Below, piece after piece: positions 58,620 to 64,000 of a DNA stretch of 64,000 nucleotides (its first letter is position 1; every line of letters starts with the position of its first letter). The notes beneath the pieces are model-generated. The model saw nothing but the letters and a program-made list of their open reading frames with translations. It made no database searches and was not told the origin of the DNA. The stretch lies in assembly GCA_034670305.1 (NCBI GenBank), contig JAXMNT010000010.1, positions 96,001 to 160,000 of the forward strand, read 5' to 3'. Made by a program: the position numbers and the translations under genes. The DNA is from Deltaproteobacteria bacterium (lineage in GTDB: Bacteria; Myxococcota_A; Polyangia; Polyangiales; Houyiibacteriaceae).

Positions 58620-59816
58620 TCACTGGGCGAGCGCGCCGGGCAACGCCTCGAGGAGCCGTTCGTACTCCGGGACCATGTTGTACGGCCCGGCGCTCAAACG
58701 GATCAGCCGCTTCGGCGGCTTCGGCCATGGAATGACCGGCACTTCGACGCGGGCCACCTCGTAGAGGCGCCGTTGCAGTGGATCCGCGTAGAGCGCGTTC
58801 GTGGGCGGCGCACCGTCGCCGTCCGGCAGGGGCAGCGAAGCGAGCAACCCGATCATGTCGTCGGGCGCCGGCACGGAGACACCGAGCGCGTCGGCGAGCA
58901 ACCGTCGTTGTTCGAGCAGCATCGTGCGCTGCTTCTCACGGCGCGCACCGAACGCGCCGATCGACTCCAAGAATTCGATCGCAGCCGGCACGCACAAGAG
59001 CGGCGTCGGATCGCTGGTGCCGGTCCAGTCGAAGGTCTCGAGGTACCGCGAACGCGCGCGCGGCGAGTGGTAGCCGTGGCTGACGCAGGTGGGCACGACG
59101 TCGCCCTGCAGATCGCGGCGCACGTGAAGCAGGCCGGACGCTTTGGGCGCACACATCCACTTGTGGAAGTTGCCCGTGTAGTAGCCGGCGCCGAGCGCCT
59201 CGAGGTCGAGATCCAGCATGCCCGGACCATGCGCACCGTCGATGAGGGTCTCGACGCCGCGTTCCCTGAGCGCGGCGACGATCTTCTCGATCGGGAGGAC
59301 GAGGCCGGTCGGACTCGTGACGTGATCGAGCACCACCAAACGCGTTCGATCGGTCACCGCCGCGAGCACCGCTTCGACGACCTGCGCCTTGTCGCTGATC
59401 GGAAATGGGACGTCGGCCACCACCCGCTTCGCGCCGGCACGCTCGCAGACGTACTCGACGCAATGGTTCACCGCGCCGTAGCCGTGCGACGTGATGACGA
59501 CCTCGTCGCCGGTATCGAGGCGCAACGAACGCAGCACGGCATTGCAGCCGTCGGTCGCGTTGCGCACGAAGACGAGGTCTTCGGGATCACAGTGCACGAA
59601 CGATGCAACTCGGGTCCGGACCGCGGCGAGTTGGGGCTCGAGCTCGTGAAGGAAGAACCGGACTGGCTCCGCTTCCATCTGCCCACGAAGGCGGGTCTGC
59701 GTCTCGAGCACGACTCGGGGACACGCACCAAACGAACCGTGGTTGAGGAACGAGACGTCCCCGTCCAGGGTCCATCGGGTGCGGATGGGTGCCCGCCGGT
59801 CGGTCGTGGTGGCCAT
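58620..59816 (-). CDS. Class V PLP aminotransferase (isopenicillin-N epimerase / C-S lyase-like)
   Basis: 'FLNHGSFGACP', 'DHVTSPTG', 'IDGAH' and 'GNFHKW'. Confidence 0.88.
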   Translation of the reverse strand: MATTTDRRAPIRTRWTLDGDVSFLNHGSFGACPRVVLETQTRLRGQMEAEPVRFFLHELEPQLAAVRTRVASFVHCDPEDLVFVRNATDGCNAVLRSLRLDTGDEVVITSHGYGAVNHCVEYVCERAGAKRVVADVPFPISDKAQVVEAVLAAVTDRTRLVVLDHVTSPTGLVLPIEKIVAALRERGVETLIDGAHGPGMLDLDLEALGAGYYTGNFHKWMCAPKASGLLHVRRDLQGDVVPTCVSHGYHSPRARSRYLETFDWTGTSDPTPLLCVPAAIEFLESIGAFGARREKQRTMLLEQRRLLADALGVSVPAPDDMIGLLASLPLPDGDGAPPTNALYADPLQRRLYEVARVEVPVIPWPKPPKRLIRLSAGPYNMVPEYERLLEALPGALAQ

Positions 59817-60053
59817 GGAATGGAGAACCACATGCCGTCCCACCTGGCAACCGACACGCGTGTCCGTCGGGACTTCGAGGCGTCGATGGCTCGGCCCATC
59901 GGTGGCGACTCGATCCGCCAGTGGGGTCCACGATCCCCCATGCGCAGCGCCTCCGGCGGAACCGAGTGCAGCCGATCTCCACGGGAAATGGTGTGAGAAC
60001 CCCACCTGCCAGGGACTTTCCCGCTGGCACGAGGCGTGCTTTAGTGGCCGGAT

Positions 60054-61922
60054 ATGTTCACGCCCGCACGCAAGGTGCTCTTCTCCTCACTCCTCGTCGG
60101 CCTGGCCTTTGGCTGTGGCGACGGCGGAGACCCGCCCATCGAAGGCGACCTCGACTTTGGTCTCGAGGACCTCGGAACCCTGATGGACGGTGTGCCCGAC
60201 AACAGCTCGTTGCCCGAAGAGGGCAAAGCCGACGAGGTGCTTCCCGCGCAGTTCGACCTGGTGGCCACCCAGAGCGGGGTCAAGAGCCAGGGCTCACGCG
60301 GCGTCTGCTCGATCTTCGGAACGGTGGCGCTCGCAGAGCACCTCTACATCACCGAGGGCACCATCATGAACCCGGACTTCTCGGAGCAGTTCCTCCAGTG
60401 GTCGTCCAAGTTCGAAGAGAACGCCTTCCCGCGCAGCGGCGGCAGCAACGCCAACAGCAACATCCGCGCGTTCAGCCGTCACGGCGGCGTGGTGGAGAGC
60501 GCCTGGCCGTACGAGACGAGCCCGTGGAACAGCTCGAACGACGAAGCCTGCACCGGCGAAGACGACCAGCCGACCCGCTGCTACACCAACGGTGAGCCGC
60601 CGGCCGAGGCCCTGATGGCGCAGCGCTTCCGCATCCCGAGCGGCCGATGGATCAACTCGCGCGCCCGCAGCATCAAGGGCCACATGTTCGAGACGAACAC
60701 GGCCGTGCAAATCGGCGGCGACTTCTACTACCAGTCGTGGGGCCACGGCGGCTCGCTCATCCCGACCTACCGTCCGTACCGCGCCCAGGGCTACGTCCTC
60801 GCGCCGAACGCCGCCGACGTGGAGTCGAGCAACACCCACAGCGCCGGTCACTCCTACCTCGCGGTGGGCTGGGACGACGACCTCGAAGTGCAGGCCGTCA
60901 ACGCCGAGGGCGAGCTCGCCGTCGACGAGATGGGTGAGCCGATCATGCAGAAGGGCTTCTTCCTCATCAAGAACAGCTGGGGCACCGGCTGGGCCACCGA
61001 GAACCCGTTCGGCGCCGGCTACGGCTGGATCGCCTACGAGTACGTCGAGCGTTACCTCAGCGCGTACGCCAGCGGCGTGCCCGAGGTCATGGTCAACGAA
61101 CGTTGCGGCGACGGCGTCGACAACAACTTCGACGGCCTGACCGACTGCGCCGACCCGATGTGCTCCGAGGACCGCTCCTGCGTCGACCCCTCGGGCACCT
61201 ACGAGAACAACACGCCCTCGCCCATCCCCGACAACGACTCGGCCGGTGTGTCGAGCGTCATCGAAGTCGCCGAAGGCGGCACCCTCAGCGGCGTCAGCGT
61301 CACCGTCGACATCACCCACACCTACCGCGGCGACCTCACGGTCCGCCTCGAAAAGGGTGGCGTCACCAGCACGCTCATCGAGCGCGACGGCGGCGGTGAA
61401 GACAACCTTCAGCGCACCTTCGACGTGGGCGACTTCGACGGCCAGGACGCCGCCGGCACCTGGACCCTCACGGTCGTCGACAACGCCAACGCCGACACCG
61501 GCACCCTCAACAGCTGGTCGCTCAGCCTCACCCGCTGCGCCGGTGGCGACTGCGAGTCCATGCCGACGATGCTCACGGGCACCAACGACACCCTCGTGGT
61601 CATTCCCGACAACGACTCGACCGGCATCACGAGCGACATCGATGTGACCGGCGCGGGCACCATCGCGACGCTTCGCGTCACGGTGAACCTCACCCACAGC
61701 TTCATCGGCGACCTCACCATCGGCGTGAGCAAGGACGGCGGCACGGAAGCGACGCTGCTCTCCGAAGAGCTCGTCGAAGACACGATGCTGGTCCGCACCT
61801 TCACCGTCGAGGACTTCAACGGCGACGCTGCCGCGGGCACCTACAGCCTGCACATCGTTGACGGAGCAGCCCGCGACGAAGGCACGCTGAACAGCTGGAG
61901 CGTCGAGATCACGACGAACTGA
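60054..61922 (+). CDS. C1A (papain-like) cysteine peptidase lipoprotein with two proprotein-convertase P domains
   Basis: Lipobox 'LAFGC'; 'QGSRGVC', 'GHSYLAVGW' and 'IKNSWG'; two 'IPDN...HTY/HSF.GDL...GTLNSW' P domains. Confidence 0.88.
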   Translation: MFTPARKVLFSSLLVGLAFGCGDGGDPPIEGDLDFGLEDLGTLMDGVPDNSSLPEEGKADEVLPAQFDLVATQSGVKSQGSRGVCSIFGTVALAEHLYITEGTIMNPDFSEQFLQWSSKFEENAFPRSGGSNANSNIRAFSRHGGVVESAWPYETSPWNSSNDEACTGEDDQPTRCYTNGEPPAEALMAQRFRIPSGRWINSRARSIKGHMFETNTAVQIGGDFYYQSWGHGGSLIPTYRPYRAQGYVLAPNAADVESSNTHSAGHSYLAVGWDDDLEVQAVNAEGELAVDEMGEPIMQKGFFLIKNSWGTGWATENPFGAGYGWIAYEYVERYLSAYASGVPEVMVNERCGDGVDNNFDGLTDCADPMCSEDRSCVDPSGTYENNTPSPIPDNDSAGVSSVIEVAEGGTLSGVSVTVDITHTYRGDLTVRLEKGGVTSTLIERDGGGEDNLQRTFDVGDFDGQDAAGTWTLTVVDNANADTGTLNSWSLSLTRCAGGDCESMPTMLTGTNDTLVVIPDNDSTGITSDIDVTGAGTIATLRVTVNLTHSFIGDLTIGVSKDGGTEATLLSEELVEDTMLVRTFTVEDFNGDAAAGTYSLHIVDGAARDEGTLNSWSVEITTN

Positions 61923-62008
61923 GCCGAAGCGCCGCGCACCCCACGCGGCACTTCGAACCTGCACGACGCCGCGTTCCCCTTCGGGAATGCGGCGTCGACG
62001 CGTTCGGG

Positions 62009-62288
<280 letters not shown>

Positions 62289-62439
62289 TGCGTCGGATCG
62301 CGCCCATGTGGCACGGCGGGTGTCGCACCGAGCGCACGCTTGTGTCACTGGGGGCAACGGGCCGGCGCGTGGCGGGTCTCGTTTTCGTTGCCGAAGCCAC
62401 GGTGCGCAGCCGGCATGCTCCTTGCGTTCTGGGAGCGCG

Positions 62440-63723
62440 ATGTTGGTGCGGCTTCGGTGGGTGTGGGTGGGTGCGGTGCTGGCTTCGGGCATCGCAGCGC
62501 TGATCGGCGCCGGCACGGTCGCGGCACAGCCGCCGGACAACGGTGAGACCGCAGGTGCGGATGACGTACCTGCGATTCCGGACGCGGCCGTCGAGGTCGA
62601 GGTCGAGGTCGACACGGGGCTCGTACTCACCGCGCCACGTGAGGTCGTGCCCACCGCCCCGACCACCGACGTCACCGTGCCTGGCGGGTACCAGGACGAC
62701 GACGCGATCTGGGCGCTCTACCACCGCGCCGCGCTGGCCCTCGCGAGCGACGACGAAGACATCGCGATCGAGCTCTTGCTCCGCATCCGGCAGCACCCCA
62801 CCCACGCGGCCGCGGACCAAGCGACGCTCATGCTCGAGCGGCTCGGCATCCGCGACGAACAACCCACGCGCAGCGGGGAACGTCGGTCGGCTCTGGCGCG
62901 CGCGGAGCTCGTCGGGTTCCAGGCGCTCGCCGGCGCGGGCACCGCCAACATGGTGTGCGGTCTGGCCGAGTGCGATGGCGCGCGCGTCTGGACCCTCGCC
63001 AACTTGGCTGGACTCGGCGCAGGCCTCGGACTCTCGGTGGGTCTGAGCCGGGACGGCATCACGCCGGGCCAGGCGTCGCTCTACAACGCCGCGCACCGGT
63101 GGGGCATTCTCAACGGGTTCCTCCTCTTCAGCGCGACGGGCGCGAGCTACCGCCAGGACGAGTTCGGAGACCACCGCTACGAAGCCCGACCCATGATCGC
63201 GAGCTTCCTGGTCGGCCAGGCCCTCGGCATGGGAAGCGCGGCGCTGCTGGACCGGTTCGTCGGCCCCCGATCCGGCGACGTGGGCATGGTGGACTCGATG
63301 ATGCTCTTGTCTTCGACGCTGGTGGCGCTGGCCGGGCCGGCGCTCGCGGATCACATCGACGATCGCGGCATTCGCGCGTGGCTCGGCACGATGCTGCTGG
63401 CCAACGCCGCGAGCATGTCGCTCGGGGCGTGGCTCGCGACGGAGACCAAGCCGAGCCGCGCCCGCACCCTGCTCTTGGATGTCGGGCTCGGGGTCGGCAT
63501 CGGGGTGGTCGCGGGTGTGCAGGCGCTCATCCAGGGCGAGGACATCAACGGCCGCGCGATGCTCGGCTTCGGCGCACTCGGCGGCCTCGGCGGCTTCATC
63601 TTCACCTGGTGGCTCACCCGCAACTTCGACCGCCGCGGCGAACCCGACCGCATGCCCGCCGTGCAGCTCGACGTCTCCCCCACCCTCGGCGGAGCGACCG
63701 CCAACTTCCGCCTCGCGCTGTAA
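62440..63723 (+). CDS. Hypothetical Gly-rich multi-TM protein with signal peptide
   Basis: Signal peptide and several Gly-rich hydrophobic helices. Confidence 0.7.
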   Translation: MLVRLRWVWVGAVLASGIAALIGAGTVAAQPPDNGETAGADDVPAIPDAAVEVEVEVDTGLVLTAPREVVPTAPTTDVTVPGGYQDDDAIWALYHRAALALASDDEDIAIELLLRIRQHPTHAAADQATLMLERLGIRDEQPTRSGERRSALARAELVGFQALAGAGTANMVCGLAECDGARVWTLANLAGLGAGLGLSVGLSRDGITPGQASLYNAAHRWGILNGFLLFSATGASYRQDEFGDHRYEARPMIASFLVGQALGMGSAALLDRFVGPRSGDVGMVDSMMLLSSTLVALAGPALADHIDDRGIRAWLGTMLLANAASMSLGAWLATETKPSRARTLLLDVGLGVGIGVVAGVQALIQGEDINGRAMLGFGALGGLGGFIFTWWLTRNFDRRGEPDRMPAVQLDVSPTLGGATANFRLAL

Positions 63724-63744
63724 CCCGGCGGTAGCAGCCATCAC

Positions 63745-63830
63745 GGTCGCGGAGGCCGTCGCGGAAGCGGTCGCGGAAGCGGATGCGGATGCGGATGCGG
63801 ATGCGGAAGCGGAAGCCGAAGCGGAAGCGG
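63745..63830. repeat. Short hexamer tract (GCGGAT/GCGGAA)n
   Basis: Read directly. Confidence 0.9.
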
Positions 63831-63855
63831 CGGAGCAGTCGGTCCCCGCCGCTGG

Positions 63856-64000
<145 letters not shown>

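Overview
A very GC-rich bacterial chromosomal segment with a myxobacterial-type (Myxococcota/Polyangiales-like) gene content: a eukaryote-like Ser/Thr kinase, PEGA/TPR and Cys-rich lipoproteins, and an ArsA pair. The taxonomic call is inferred from gene content only. About 50 genes are supportable. They include larB-larC-larE (nickel-pincer nucleotide biosynthesis, no larA in the window) in the same-strand run as a Tat-signal DUF362 gene, pepA and an acid-ceramidase-like Ntn hydrolase. Also present are an M16 peptidase pair, a lone SIR2-like gene, yebC-ruvC, typA, a CHAD-CYTH fusion, P450/TetR, dus plus a short RlmN-like radical SAM, fadD, gabD, a C1A peptidase and the 5' end of gltX. Structure not explained by these genes: (i) about 11 long compound hexamer-repeat tracts (roughly 3 kb in total), mostly just after stop codons, one apparently in frame inside larE; (ii) an AT-richer island near 37.2-38.9 kb holding an Rhs core flanked by inverted paralogous linker sequences, with a frameshifted ADP-ribosyltransferase-like toxin and a coupled immunity-like ORF; (iii) a structured ~235-bp tandem repeat with a dispersed inverted copy 30 kb away; (iv) many genes with a -10-like hexamer 5-8 nt before the start codon (candidate leaderless mRNAs). 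No rRNA, tRNA, CRISPR array or transposase was recognised. All product calls come from motifs read by eye and were not checked against any database.
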